From positions 24,924,001 to 24,988,000 of the forward strand of contig NC_043007.1 of assembly GCF_006345805.1 (NCBI RefSeq): 64,000 nt of DNA, written 5' to 3'. The translations under genes and the position numbers were made by a program. The notes under the pieces were generated by a model, which saw nothing but the letters and a program-made list of their open reading frames with translations, did no database searches and was not told where the DNA came from. Origin of the DNA: Octopus sinensis. Taxonomy: Eukaryota. This document shows positions 41,515 through 55,405 of the stretch, piece after piece (position 1 is the stretch's first letter; each line of letters begins with the position of its first letter).

Positions 41515-42332
41515 GAAGTAAAAGGAAGGAAGGAAGGAAGGAAGGAAGGAAGGAAGGAAGGAAGGAAGGAAGGGGGAGGGGAAGGGAGGGAGAAGGGAAG
41601 GAAGGAAGGAAGGAAGGAAGGAAGGAAGGAAGGAAAGGACGGAAAGGATGAAAGGATGGAAGGACGGAAGGAAGGAAGGAAGGAAGGAAGGGAGGGAGGA
41701 AGGAAGGGAGGAAGGAAAGAAGGAAGGAAGGAAAGAAGGATAGAAGGGAGGGAGGGAGGGAGGGAGGGAGAAGGGAAGGAAGGAAGGAAGGAAGGAAAGG
41801 ACGGAAAGGATGGAAGGAAGGAAGGAAGGAAGGAAGGAAGGAAGGAAGGAAGGAAGGAAGGAAGGGGAGGGGAAGGGAGGGAGAAGGGAAGGAAGGAAGG
41901 AAGGAAGGAAAGGACGGAAAGGATGAAAGGATGGAAGGAAGGAAGGAAGGAAGGAAGGGAGGAAGGAAGGAGGAGGGGAAGGGAGGGAGAAGGGAAGGAA
42001 GGAAGGAAGGAAGGAAGGAAAGGACGGAAAGGATGAAAGGATGGAAGGAAGGAAGGAAGGAAGGAAGGAAGGGAGGAAGGAAGGGAGGAAGGAAAGAAGG
42101 AAGGAAGGAAAGAAGGATAGAAGGGAGGGAGGGAGGGAGGGAGAAGGGAAGGAAGGAAGGAAGGAAGGAAAGGACGGAAAGGATGGAAGGAAGGAAGGAA
42201 GGAAGGAAGGAAGGAAGGAAGGAAGGAAGGGAGGGAGGGAGGAAGGAAGGGAGGGAGGGAGGAAGGAAGGAAGGAAGGAAGGAAGGAAGGGAGGAAAGGA
42301 CGGAAAGGATGGAAGGAAAGAAGGAAGGAAGG
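41515..42332 (+). repeat. About 0.8-kb (GGAA)n/(GGGA)n polypurine tract
   Basis: Directly visible; recurrent GGACGGAAAGGATG interruptions. Confidence 0.97.
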
Positions 42333-42525
42333 AATTATCTGCTTCAATGACCATGAGAACTATGCCAGCAAAAGCTCCTGAAAGGGCTTCCCATGCTGAA
42401 GAGATCATCAAAAGTCAGGGACCAGACTAATATGGATCACCTCTTTCCAGAGGATTTGCATAGGACCAAGACACTCCAGCTAGAAAACTGCAAAGTAACA
42501 GAAGCAATGACACCAGTTTAGATAT

Positions 42526-42882
42526 AACAAGGGTACTCAGAGTGCAAACCTCCACCAAGGCAACACCAACGCCCTCTCAACAATTAGCCAGAGATGATTT
42601 TTAAGATGAGAAAAAAACTCAACTGCTTTCACAAATGAGAATACTAAAAATGAATATGGCTGTTCTCAAAAATTAAGTAAAAGAACTGGAAAAAATAATC
42701 CAGAATCCTTATCTGGTCCTGGATCGATCTCAAAATGTAATCAGTTCATGTCAGTTATGAGGCCAAACATCTCCGAAAGTTTCATCCGAATCCATCCAGT
42801 GTTTCTTGAGATATCTTGTCCATGGACAAACAAACAAACACAACTGAAAACAACACCGCTGCCTTCGCTAAGGTGGAGGTAA
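42526..42882 (-). mobile_element. DINE-1/Helentron-like non-autonomous element
   Basis: Subterminal inverted motif ACCTCC(G/A)CC, terminal stem-loops, (GTTT)n; partial copies at 26505-26806 and 60078-60406. Confidence 0.65.
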
Positions 42883-42887
42883 CAAAA

Positions 42888-43672
42888 ATAAGGCGGCGAG
42901 CTGGCAGAAACGATAGCACGCTGGGCGAAATGCTTAGTGGTATTTCGTCTGCCGTTACATTGTGAGTTCAAATTCCGCCGAGGTCGACTTTGCCTTTCAT
43001 CCTTTCGGGGTCGATAAATTAAGTACCAGTTACGCACTGGGGTCGATATATTCGACTTAATACCTATGTCTGTCCTTGTTTGTCCTCTGTGTGTTTAGCC
43101 CCTTGTGGGTAGTGAAGAAATAGGTAGCTCGTCTGTCTTTACGTTCTGAGTTCAAATTCCGCCGAGGTGGACTTTGCCTTTCATCCTTTCGGGGTCGATA
43201 AATTAAGTACCAGTTACGCACTGGGGTCGATATATTCGACTTAATACCTATGTCTGTCCTTGTTTGTCCTCTGTGTGTTTAGCCCCTTGTGGGTAGTGAA
43301 GAAATAGGTAGCTCGTCTGTCTTTACGTTCTGAGTTCAAATTCCGCCGAGGGGACTTTGCCTTTCATCCTTTCGGGGTCGATAAATTAAGTACCAGTTAC
43401 GCACTGGGGTCGATATATTCGACTTAATACCTATTCTGTCCTTGTTTGTCCTCTGTGTGTTTAGCCCCTTGTGGGTAGTGAAGAAATAGGTAGCTCGTCT
43501 GTCTTTACGTTCTGAGTTCAAATTCCGCCGAGGTGGACTTTGCCTTTCATCCTTTCGGGGTCGATAAATTAAGTACCAGTTACGCACTGGGGTCGATATA
43601 TTCGACTTAATACCTATGTCTGTCCTTGTTTGTCCCCTCTGTGTTTAGCCCCTTGTGGGTAATAAAGAAATA
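42888..43672 (+). mobile_element. SINE family D (Meta/MESC-like central domain) as a tandem tetramer of ~184 bp
   Basis: One head plus four bodies with GCCTTTCATCCTTTCGGGGTCGATAAATTAAGTACC; flanked by GGAGGTAACAAAA at 42875-42887 and 43673-43685; many monomers/dimers elsewhere (3700-3920, 16800-17195, 36960-37175, 46225-46640, 62315-62935). Confidence 0.85.
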
Positions 43673-45130
43673 GGAGGTAACAAAACCTAGGAGAGGAAGG
43701 AAGGAAGGACTCCCCTCAAGGAGACAGATGACATGTAGTAAAATCCAAAAGGAAAATGGTTAGAGGCAGGATAGTGAAGCAAAGCTGATAAAGCAGGGAT
43801 CCAACAGGAGAGAAACAGAAAAGGCAGACCAGAGTTGAGAACAGCAAAGGAAAGTCACTGATGACCTGTGCCCCATAGGGAACAAAGGGCTTAGGAATAA
43901 TAATAAGATCCTATCTGATGTCCTTCTGTCTCCTTTCATTTTCTACTTCATTAGTTACTTTTCATTAAGGAAGTTGGAAGGAGCAATGTTTAAATGAGAA
44001 AGGCACTAGACAAAATAGTCTATCATTTTACACTCTGAGTTCAAATCCTGCTACAATTTGAACTCATTCCAGGGCTGATAAAATAAGTACTATTTAAGGA
44101 AATGTATTTAACCTCTCCCAGAAGTAGCAGTCCTATGCTTATGTTATACCTTAGGTATTAAAGGGTAAGATCCCTTTCAGTCATGAATGACGTTGAGATT
44201 GCATTTAGAAAGTTCTCCAAGGCACAAGTCTAGGCGAAGTTGTTTGTGGAAGACCAGCAGTCGCCCATGCATACCAGCCTCCCTTCTCCACATCACTGGT
44301 GTTATCCAAGGGAAAGGCACAGTAACATCCAAGGGAAAGGCACAGTAACATCACAGCTTATTTCTACAGCTGAGTGAATTGAAGCAACATGAAGTAAAGT
44401 GTCTTGCTCAAGAACACAACACACAGCCCAGTCTAGGAAATGAACTCATAACCTCTGAATTAACAAGGTTTAGCTCATTTACCAAATGCTAAAGAAAGGA
44501 TTAATAATAATCATAAAATATTTAAATTCTATTCGGGTTTTGCAGATACCAAAGTTATCTTTTAGGAAAATATTGAAGAAGAGTTGACCTTCCTTCAAGA
44601 CAGACAAGACAATCACTACCTACCACTGATAAGCTAATGTCTTTGAGAGCCTCTATGTGATCAATCAACCAGCTAGAAACAGCAGTAAAATCTCCTTCAA
44701 ATTACAGCTAAGTAGAGAAGGCCACATTGGATAACGAGATTCTGGAATCCCTTTGAGTATAGGTTTGCTTCAAGGTTCACCTGGGGGCTAAACAATAACT
44801 ACTGGACCAATGAGTGACTTTCCATGTGGCCCCTTAACTTGATAGAAAGAGCATCCAAATCTCCCTCAAATCACACAGTACCAGCTTCAGAGACTGAAAG
44901 AAAAAACACATTAGACAATGCAGTTCTAGACACAGAAAAAGACAGGATGGTCATGGTTGGAATGCCTTTGATCATCAGACTGCTTAATCAGGGATGACTT
45001 GAGGCTAAACACAACAATCTAATTTACTCAACTGTTCAAGAAAAAAAATGCACTGTGACAAGAATTTGTATTTATTTCAAGCAGAAGCTAAGAAACTATA
45101 AAGTTTAAAGTTCAAAATAAATGCCCTTAC

Positions 45131-45413
45131 ATGGACAGCTTCTTCTATGACGCTTCTCACAGACAGTAACATGGAATCTTGGACTTCAAGCAGCCATTTC
45201 TCAACTGCACCTCGAGCTGCTGACGTTGATACAGTTTTCTTAAATAGAACTTTCTCAGCTTCACTGCTAAACATGGCTAATATGTCTAGCTTGGAATCAA
45301 ACTCCAATTTGGCTATACCTTCAAAGCACTTCTTCAGGTGAGGCTGAACACGCAGTGGGTCCTTTGTCTCAGACAAAATTTCCAGCATTTCATCATTAGA
45401 CAAGAAGAAGAAC
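45131..45413 (-). CDS. DNAH12: Dynein heavy chain exon 6 ([13 protein letters not shown]...EEAVH)
   Basis: tttcag|G TTC ... CAT|gtaagg; 283 nt; linker motifs. Confidence 0.96.
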
Positions 45414-46772
45414 CTGAAATATGGATTAAGCATCGTTTAAAATGGTTATTCTGTTATTAACTACTAGCTTAAAAGCCGCACTCTATGTGGACTTTCAAGC
45501 TAGCCTACGGTGGGCTAATTGGGTCTGTGGCCCAAAACTAATGAGAGATACATAGCATGACTATAATACATCTATAATGACTATATGCCCTGGCAGTGTT
45601 TGATCAGAGGTTCAGGACGGATGAGAATTAATTCTGTAATGCAGTCATTCCATTGTTGCAGTCACAAGTTGAATTCCAACTGTTGGCCAAATATCCCCAA
45701 GTTCTTATCTTGACATAAAATTAACAAAGCAAATGTCATTTATCTCCCCACTGGATCCCTGATTCATCTGACAGACACCAACCAAGATGGTGTGAATCAG
45801 CAAAGCTTTACCTGTTAGAAATAGCAACTCAAATGCTTTTAAATCAGATCCCAAAGCTCAATGTCCAAGAACCAAATAGGAAGCAGATTTTCCATCTCAG
45901 GATCATCCTGATTCCGAAAAAGCTATAGTATGTCTATGTGGAGGAAATGTAGACTGAGATACAGGGATCCCAGACAGACAGAATTTCACTTTTATTATTA
46001 TAGAAGCATTTAATAAAACTTGACATTGCATGATAGTTATACACAATGTCACCACCATGCAAGTCAAGTATTATCCTTTGTTTGCAATCTCCCAAGAAAA
46101 CATGCCTGGTCATGAAGAAATACTGGTTTCATATTTTGGCACAAGGCAAACATTTTGGGAGAGGAATAAGTCGATTACATCAACCCCAGTACTCAACTGG
46201 TACTTATTTGATCAATTTTATCAAAGGCAGAGAGCTGGCAGAAATGTTAGCAAGCCAGGCGAAATGCTTAGCCGTATTTCATCTGCCGTTATGTTCTGAG
46301 TTCAAATTCCACCGAGGTCAACTTTGCTTTTCATCCTCTCAGGGTCGATAAATTAAGTACCAGTTAACGCACTGGGGTCAATACAATCGACTTAATCCGT
46401 TTGTCTGTCCTTGTTTGTTCTCTCTGTGTTTAGCCCCTCGTAGGTAGTAAAGAAATAGGTATTTTGTCTGCCATTATGTTCTGAGTTCAAATTCTGCCGA
46501 GGTCGACTTTGCCTTTCATCCTCTCAGGGTCAATAAATTAAGTACCAGTTATGCACTGGGGTCGATGTAATCGACTTAATCCCTTTGTCTGTCCTTGTTT
46601 GTCCCCTCTATGTTTAGCCCCTTGTGGGCAATAAAGAAGTAACTTATTTTATCAACCCCAAAAGGATGAAAGAGAAAGTCAAACTCGGTGGGATTTGAAC
46701 TCAGAATGTGAGGATGGATGAAATACAATGAAAATACAATGGCCAATTATTAAATGCGAAATAATTCCTCAC

Positions 46773-46894
46773 CTTGGAAAGAATAGTCTCTTCTTTTCCA
46801 GGTATGCATTCAGCCCTTTGTTGATTTTCTCCAATAAAAGATTAGCTTCGATTAACCTCTCGTACATACCCTTCAGGTTTGTTGCAACCATAAC
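46773..46894 (-). CDS. DNAH12: Dynein heavy chain exon 5 (VMVAT...YLEKKRLFFPR)
   Basis: ctcag|GTT ... CCA AG|gtgagg; 122 nt; ends phase 2. Confidence 0.95.
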
Positions 46895-46959
46895 CTGAGA
46901 GACAAAGATATCACTGCACATTACTCGAAGCTCATGTATTGCATAAAAGAAAGAAACAA

Positions 46960-48170
46960 ACATAATACTCCAAAACAAACATGTAGCTCCTTAAAACATC
47001 TGGTGCTCAAAACAAATACATGTCACACAGGCATGTAGTACTCCAAAACAAATATGCAGAACCAAAAACGTTTGTTGTTCAAAACAAATATGTGGCACTC
47101 AAACATGTAGTACTCCAAAACAAACATGTAGCATCTAAAACATCTGGTGCCCAAACATGTGTTGCATAAACATGTAGCACCTAAAACATCTGCTGTTCAA
47201 AACAAATACATGGTTCACAAACTTGTAGTACTCAAAAACAAACATGTAGCACCAAAAAATCTGGTATTCAAAACAAATATGTGGCACACAATCATGTAGT
47301 ACTCCAAAGCAAACATGCAGCACCTGAAACATCTGATGTTCAAAACAAATATGCTGTATACATATAACACCCAAGCCCTGGAACAGGTAGCATTCTAAGC
47401 ATGTGGCATTTAGAGCAAAGATGTGATGCCTGAAACATGTAGCATCAAAAAATAACAAGATCATTGGAAAACTCATCAAAATATGTGGTATGGAAATGAA
47501 AGGAACATGTAGGACATAATAATACACATATGTAGCTTTTCAAAACAATTAAATTCCATTAAAAAATGTAGATTTTGAACATGTACAATTAAAAATAATG
47601 TTTTTGTGGCTTTTTCAATAAAATATACAGTATTCAGCATTGCATGTAGTATTCAAACATGTATCACTTCTACAAACATCAAACAGATTAGATGTGTAGA
47701 TGTGTAGTATACAAATCTGTGTCATTCAACAAACAAGTGGAATCTGTAAAACAGGTAGATTATAAAGAAACATGCTAAATATTATTCAAGTTTGCGGCAT
47801 TTTCTCTACATTAAACATGTAGAATTTAATAATGCATTTAACACACGCTTACATGCAAAATAAATTCAAATTGCAACCAAACATGTAGCAGAAACAAAAC
47901 ACTCGGAATTTCCTCAAAACATGAAGCATTCAGCAAACTAGTAATATTTTAACAAATACTATGTCATTGAAACATGTAGCATTTCCATAAACAAGAGCAT
48001 TCAACATGGAGGAATGAGAGCAAAAACATGTAACATTTTAAAACGCATTATTTGGACCAAAACTGTGTTCATTTGAAAATGTTGATTCTAAATACAGATA
48101 GAATTTTTTCAACCATGTAGTATTTAAAAGGAGCTTTCTAGAAAATACAACACATAGTATTTCCACAAGC
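46960..48170 (+). repeat. Old degenerate minisatellite (AAACATGTAG / AAAACATCTGGT motifs)
   Basis: Dense in 46970-47460, fading toward 48170. Confidence 0.7.
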
Positions 48171-48718
48171 ATAAAAGCTGCAGGCACAGCCATATGGTAA
48201 AGAAGATTTTTTTTTCTCAGTCACATGGTTCTGGGACAGGCACCATTGTACATCTTGGGTAAATATCTTCTACCATAACATCAACTCAGACCAAATTTTG
48301 TGAATGAAATTGAGTAGACTTCTTCCAGAGTCATATTCCAATGATGATCATATTTGTCACAAAAAATTATGTAAAAAAATCGCTGGAAATAATTGCTGGA
48401 TTTTGCAATTAATTTCAATTATTCCCAAAATTTATTTCCAGGTTATAAAAATTGTTATTGTACAAAAAATTTGTCGCAAAAAATTACGTAAAAACATCAA
48501 TGAAAACAATAGCACTTGGGAATCCAAAATTTCAGAATTGCAGGTCGGATTCAGCCCAGAATGTTTTTAATTTACTCATAGAGTCAGCCTGATTCCAAAA
48601 TGGTATGATATGTTGAGCTACGGCCTCTAGGAGTAAACTTGAAAAAGTGTGACACATTGACATTCGTATTTATTATATTAGATATAAAGAAAAAGAACTG
48701 GTGCCAATGCTACTGTAC

Positions 48719-48913
48719 CTTGGGGTCTTTCAATGTATTCTTCATAATACTCTTCCAGCTGCTGTCAACTGACTGGAAGAACCTTCCTTCCTCAGGCATC
48801 TGTTGCATGATATCCTCTGATGAGAATATAGGCTCCAGGTACAACCACTGCGCCTGTACCTTCAGCCATTCCTCAATGGTACTCTGGATCCGAATCAGTT
48901 TCTCTTCCCATTC
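48719..48913 (-). CDS. DNAH12: Dynein heavy chain exon 4 (EWEEKL...[14 protein letters not shown]...KDPK)
   Basis: caacag|GAA ... AAG|gtacag; 195 nt; not in ORF track (no start codon), translated by hand; WLYLEPIF motif. Confidence 0.95.
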
Positions 48914-49346
48914 CTGTTGATAAGATATGAGTGCAAGAGAGGAAATGATAGAGAGGACAGCAAACAGCAGAGAGTGAGTATGGTGAAAGACTTACATCTG
49001 CAATTCTATAGCTTCTGAAGAAATCAATCTTTATTTTTGGAAATGCTACAGTAGATTTTACCCCCAACAAAAAGGGCAATTTCTCTAACCCTACTAATTA
49101 GTGACTTATTGCTTCTCTTATTTTTCAACATTTCAAAAGTGATGTAAGACAGCCTTTAAGAATCACCTTCTCCAAAATCTCACTTTTTGCCTTCTTTAAA
49201 TGACCATGACTATGGTGCCTGTAGAGACAGATCTATTGGAGACAACTTCTGTGTCACCTTGGACAAGTGTCTTCTACTATAGCCTCGGGCCAACCAAAGC
49301 CTTGTGAGTGGATTTGGTTGACGGAAACTGAAAGAAGCCCGTTGTA

Positions 49347-49421
<75 letters not shown>

Positions 49422-49752
49422 TTGTGTGTCTGTGTTTGTCCCCCTAGCATCGCTTCATAACCGATGCTGGTGTGTTTACGTCCCCGTCACTTAGCAGTTC
49501 GGCAAAAGAGACCGATAGAATAAGTACTAGGCTTACAAAGAATAAGTCCTAGAGTCGATTTGCTCGACTGAAGGCGGTGCTCCAGCATGGCCACAGTCAA
49601 ATGACTGAAACAAGTAAAAGGGTAAAAGGGTACAAAACTGGTAACAGCCATTGAATGAGAATGTGTCCAAATACCAAACAAATGGTTTTTGATGTTTGTG
49701 TCTCCCTTGCTTTGTATTATTAGCAGTGACTAGACCAGAATGGTCACCAGTT

Positions 49753-49756
<4 letters not shown>

Positions 49757-49789
<33 letters not shown>

Positions 49790-50190
49790 AATTATTGTAT
49801 ACAGTGCTCAGGTGCACCACAACTTGTCAGAAAGTGCATATAAAGTACATGCAGTAATGTAGAAATGTCTGGAAAGCGAACAATGTATGAGTCAGATACA
49901 TGCTTGTGTGTGTATGGAGGGGAGAAAATCAGGTGTAGTGTTGGCGAATCTCAGGAAGCATGGAAGTTTTGAAGGATGCAGTGCTCCGACAACTAACAAC
50001 TGATGCCGGCAGTTTGTTCCATGCTTCAGCAACTCTCAGCGTGAAAAAATGTTTCCTGAAGTCATGGGAGCTGTGCTGTTTTCTTACTTTGAAAATATGT
50101 CCACGGGTGTTAGATGGGTGGAATTTGAAAAGGTGCTCAGAGTTATTGTTTGTACGATGGCTGATAATTTTAAAGCAGGCATTCATAAGA
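49757..50190 (-). mobile_element. CR1-like LINE 3' end (same family as 39515)
   Basis: ORF 49929-50186 NTRGH...RKHFFTLRVAEAWNKLP; (ATT)n tail. Confidence 0.88.
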
Positions 50191-50490
50191 AAATTAAATT
50201 CTGTGTATAGATTCTATTAAATTTTGAAAACGAAATGTATCTTAATAAACACTGACTTTATTATTATTCTATGTATCTCTGCACTTTTGTGGGTGAATGC
50301 CCTGTATGTTAACATATAAATTACTATGTTGAATCTGTTAATTGCCAGGCTCTGATTGATAGAGCATATCGACTTTCATATAAGTTCTTTCAGTTAAGTC
50401 AAAAGAAAAAGGAAAAACAACAAAACCTGACAAAACCAGGTTTGTTTCTTCTTTTTTCCTTTCTCTTTTTAATTCTTTTCCAACCATTAC

Positions 50491-50691
50491 CTTGATATCT
50501 TTCTCAAACGGTTTTATAAAATGAGAACCTCTCATGGTCTGGGTTTTAATGATCTGATCTTCAAGCATCGTCTGTATATCATCGACAGAAGACAAGATTG
50601 ATAGGTTTGTGTCACGATACAAGGTAGTACTGAGACAAACGTCCTCCCATTCCTCTTTCATCTTTATCATGTTTTTCTCCAAAGTGAACTC
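50491..50691 (-). CDS. DNAH12: Dynein heavy chain exon 3 (EFTLEK...IKPFEKDIK)
   Basis: ttgcag|GAG ... AAG|gtaatg; 201 nt. Confidence 0.95.
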
Positions 50692-50948
50692 CTGCAAAAA
50701 TAAATGAATAAATAAATAAATAAAACAAATAGATAAAATAAAATAAAATAAAATACAATAAATACATGAAAAGGTGTAGGCATGGCTGTGTGGTAAGAAG
50801 TTTGCTTCCCAACCACATGGTTCCAGGTTCAGTTCCACAGTATGAAAACCTTAGGCAAGTGTCTTGTACTATAAGTCTTGGGCCAACCAAAAGCCTCGTG
50901 AATGGATTTGATAGGTTGAAACTGAAAGAAGCCTGTTGTGTGTATTTG

Positions 50949-50981
<33 letters not shown>

Positions 50982-51012
50982 GTATATATATATATGTATA
51001 TGTATATATATG

Positions 51013-51063
<51 letters not shown>

Positions 51064-51064
51064 A

Positions 51065-51120
<56 letters not shown>

Positions 51121-51579
51121 CATATATATGTATATATATATCTATGTGTGTGTGTCTGTGTTTGTCCAGCCCCTCCCCCATCACTGCTTGACAACTGGTG
51201 TTGGTGTGTTTATGTCCCCACAACTTAGCAGCTCAGCAAAGAATAACTAATAGAATAACTGATAAAGTAAGTCCTGGAGTCGAGTTGTTCAACTGAAAGC
51301 ACTTCAAGGCAGTGCTCCAGCATGACCACAGTCAAATGACTGAAGCAAGTAAAAGAATAAAACAAGACATAAAAGAGAAGTTAGGAAACATTCGGAAATC
51401 TTACAATGCTACCACTGCTTGCAGTAGCTGGTGGCAAGCAAATAGACAGATAGACATACATGCAGAAAGACCAGGCATTTCTGAACTAATGATAAACAAA
51501 CATAGACGACAGAATGAAGTGGCTTATATGTGGACACTTGACCTGCTAAAAATAGCAACCAAATTCCCTAATGCCTTAA

Positions 51580-51801
51580 CCCTTTATCATTCAGATTACT
51601 CTGTCGAATGTAATGTTTATTTATTTACGTTGCTAGGAATTAATCATCTCAAAGATTTGAGATTTCGATGATGTGACTGTTTATGTTTAAGATGACATTG
51701 TAGAGTAGGTGTGAGAGGCAGGATCTGGCCAGTTTGAACCTAAAATACAGGTAGAAATTTGAGCCATATATGGCCAGTTTAAATACTAGATTAGTAAAGG
51801 G
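51580..51801. mobile_element. piggyBac-like MITE
   Basis: TTAA|CCCTTTA...TAAAGGG|TTAA; diverged relative at about 18700-18890. Confidence 0.75.
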
Positions 51802-52909
51802 TTAAAGATGGATACAGTGACCAACATAGTCCTGGCTGTACAAATAGATGTGGTGGACAAAGTTAGATCATCATTAATCATAGATGTGTCTGCCTATGTC
51901 AGTCAGGACTGACCCTGGGCTCAACAACAACAACAACAACAGCAGCAACAAAGAACAACAACAATGAGAGTGGTGGGACGATGGTGATGATGGCCGGTAA
52001 CAGCACTGCTGTCAAATAAGAAAAAGAATCAACTGTGACCTTTAAAGTGTTGTTGGGTTACCATGAAATGTTACAGCTTCATGCTGCGTGTGTATCTGTA
52101 TGCATGAATGTGTGTGTGTGTGTGTGTGTGTGTGTGTCTATGTGTGTAATGCATATGCATGTGTCTGCACATATATGCAAACATGTGTGTTTATATGGGT
52201 TTCAGTGCATTTTTGTGTATGTGTATGTTCAGGTGAGTGTTCAAGTGTGCATGTTTATGTGTGTGCATACATGTGTGTGTGTGTGGTGTGTGTGTGTGTG
52301 CGCACATGTGCAAGCTTGTGTATGTTTGTATAGGTTTCAGTGCAAGTTTGTGCATGTGTATGTTCATGCGTGAGTTTTCAAGAGTGCAAGTTTATGTGTG
52401 TGTATGTGTGTGCATACATATGCATGTGTGTGTGTGCGCGCGTGCACACATGTGCAAATGTGTTTCAGTGCATGTTTGTGTATGTGTATGTTCATGTATG
52501 AGTTTTCAAGAGTGCATGTTTGTGTGTGTGCATACATATGTGTGTGTGTGTGTGTGTGTGTGTGGTCATATTTACATGTTTGTGATAAAACTTTGACAAG
52601 GAAGAGGTAAACAAGTCCGGTATGCGTCAAGAAAATACACACAGATAACTCTCCATTCCTGGTGCATTCCTTTTTCTCATACAGCTAGACATAATAACTG
52701 CTATTTTAAGGCTGGCCTTCCTAAGTGCAAATCACACTCAATCACAGTATCCATTGAAGATACCATCCTGTTTGTTTTATCCACCGATATTAATAAACAA
52801 AACTTAAGAACTGTGAGCTGGAAGAATTATTAATGCTCAGCAGCATTTTGTCCTTTATGGTCTGAGTTTAAATGCTGCTGAGGTCTACTTTGCCTTTTGT
52901 CTTTTAGAG

Positions 52910-53628
52910 CAATGCTACTCAAAGTGGTGGTCCACGGACCAGTGCCAGTCTGCGAGCCATCAGCTGTTGGTATGCAACGAGTTACCACAAAAGAAAGAAA
53001 CATTATAAAATTCTTATGTAATATTTGTATTATTTGTTTACAAAATAAATATAAGATAAAAAAACAATTCTCTTTTATTTTCTCTTTTACTTGTTTCAGT
53101 CATTTGACTGCGGCCATGCTGGAGCACCGCCTTTAGTCAAGCAAATCAACCCCAAGGCTTATTCTTTGGAAGCCTAGTACTTATTCTATCGGTCTCTTTT
53201 GCCAAACCATTAAGTTGCGAGGATGTAAACACACCACCATCGGTTGTCAAGCGATGTTGGGTGGGGGGAGACAAACACAGACACACAAACATATACACAC
53301 ACACACATATATATATACATATATACAACAGGCTTCTTTCAGTTTCCGTCTACCAAATCCACTCACAAGGCTTTGGTTGGCCCGAGGCTATAGTTGAAAA
53401 CACTTGCCCAAGGTGACACGCAGTGGGAATGAACCCGGAACCATGTGGTTGGTAAGCAAGCTACTTACCACAAAGCCACTCTTGCACCTATTGTCAACTT
53501 TTACTATATTCATTATATATATATTGTTTCCAGTATAAATTAATATTACTAAGAAATATTACTAGTCCCTGACACACTGGAAAGGAAAAACTACCGGCAT
53601 GCCACATCAGATAGTTTGAGAAGCACTG
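52910..53628. mobile_element. hAT (Charlie/MER5-like) MITE interrupted by a family A SINE
   Basis: TIRs CAATGCTACTCAAAGT / AGTTTGAGAAGCACTG; TSD TTTTAGAG vs CTTTAGGG (6/8). Confidence 0.65.
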
Positions 53629-55263
53629 CTTTAGGGGGTCAATGAAAGAAGTACTAGTTGAGCACTGGGGTTGATAAAACCGGCTAGCCCTCTCCCTCAA
53701 AATGTCAGGCCTTGTGCCTATAGTAACAAAAAGATACTGATTTCAAATTTTGGTAAAAGGCCAGCAATTTCGTGGGTGGGTGGGATAGGTAGGTCGACTA
53801 CATCGACCCCAGTGCTCGACTGGTACTTAATTTATCATCCCCAAAAGGGTGAAAGGCAATGTTGATCTTGGAGGAATTTGAACTCAGAGCATAAAGATGG
53901 ATGAAATGCCACTAAGCAGTTTTTCCAGTGTGTTAACGATTCTGCCAGCTCATTGCATTTTATAACGAAAGGATATTAATAAACAAAATGCAGAAATATC
54001 TCCAAATGCCTGAAGACATCTTGATATCTTGCCTCCTTTTAGGAACAGACAACCACAAGCTTCAGAGCACTACTTTCACCGGATATGGATGGATTTGGCT
54101 GGTTTAAATACTAAAATAGTAAAGGGCTAAAGATGGACACAGTGACCAACATAGTCCTGGCTGTAGAAAAAGATGTGGCAGACAAAGTTAGATCATTATC
54201 AATCATAGATGTGTCTGCCTATGTCAGTCAGGACTGACCTTGTGGAGGCGCGTGGCTTAGTGGTTTAGGGTGCCAGCACCATAATCGTAAGATTGTGGTT
54301 TCAATTCCTGGACCAGGCGACACATGTTCTTGAGCAAAACACTTCATTCCACGGTTAAAAATTCTTTCTACTATAGTCACAAGGCCTGAAATTTCAGGGA
54401 AGTGGTGGGGCTAGTTGATTTCACCCCCCACCGCCCACCCCCGTACTCAACTGGTACTTCATTTTACCTTGGTGGAATTGAACAGAGAATATAAAGATGG
54501 ACAAAATGCCACCAAGCATGATGGTGGTAGTAGCAGCAGCAGTAGCCACAGCTGTAGTAGGAGTAATGATATTCAAAATTTGTCAAAAGAATTTCAATTT
54601 CCGAAAAGATATTGTCAGCCTCTAACAGAAAAAGAAAAAGATTTTTCTCCCCAAATCATAGATAATAATAATTCTTAAATCATAAATCATAAATCATAAA
54701 CCAACAAGCATATGTAAAAACAAAACAATAACAAAACTGGAAAAAAAAACAACAACCAAAAAAAAATCGATAAATCTGATTATTAATTCTTGATCTCACA
54801 TTAAGCTGAAAATGGTAAATTCCCAGTTGTATATGAAACCTTAGAATTATATTAAAAGATGTGATGAAATGCTGAAGGATTGACAACTTATTATTGGTCT
54901 TATTTCTGCTTCTTAACTTTGCTAGGCATCGATTAACTCTCTCTTTGTTGTTGGCGAATTATTCTGCGATGCAAACTGCTATTAACCCTTTAGAAAAGAA
55001 GAAGCTTACCAATATGGCTGTATAGCTAAACTAAAGCAGACGGAATTATATTTATGAGATAAAAAGAGAAAAAAATAATAATAATGAATGAATGAATGAA
55101 TGAATGAATGAATGCATATATAGATGTTGTCATTTAAAAAAACTGTGTGGGGGGAAAAAATATCCTTATCTCTCACTTGCCAAAGAAAAGCATGCATGTG
55201 TGTGCATGTGTATAGACATACATAGCTGTAAGATATATATATATATATGTGTGTGTATGCGTG

Positions 55264-55405
<142 letters not shown>

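Noticed and set aside
39515-50190. Inverted CR1 pair driving circular RNA of exons 4-7
   Set aside because: Many closer inverted SINE pairs compete; nothing singles this pair out
55010-55025. Possible 16-nt minus-strand microexon (tttag|...|gtaagc)
   Set aside because: Would shift the frame between two phase-0 exons that already join without a gap; no other support
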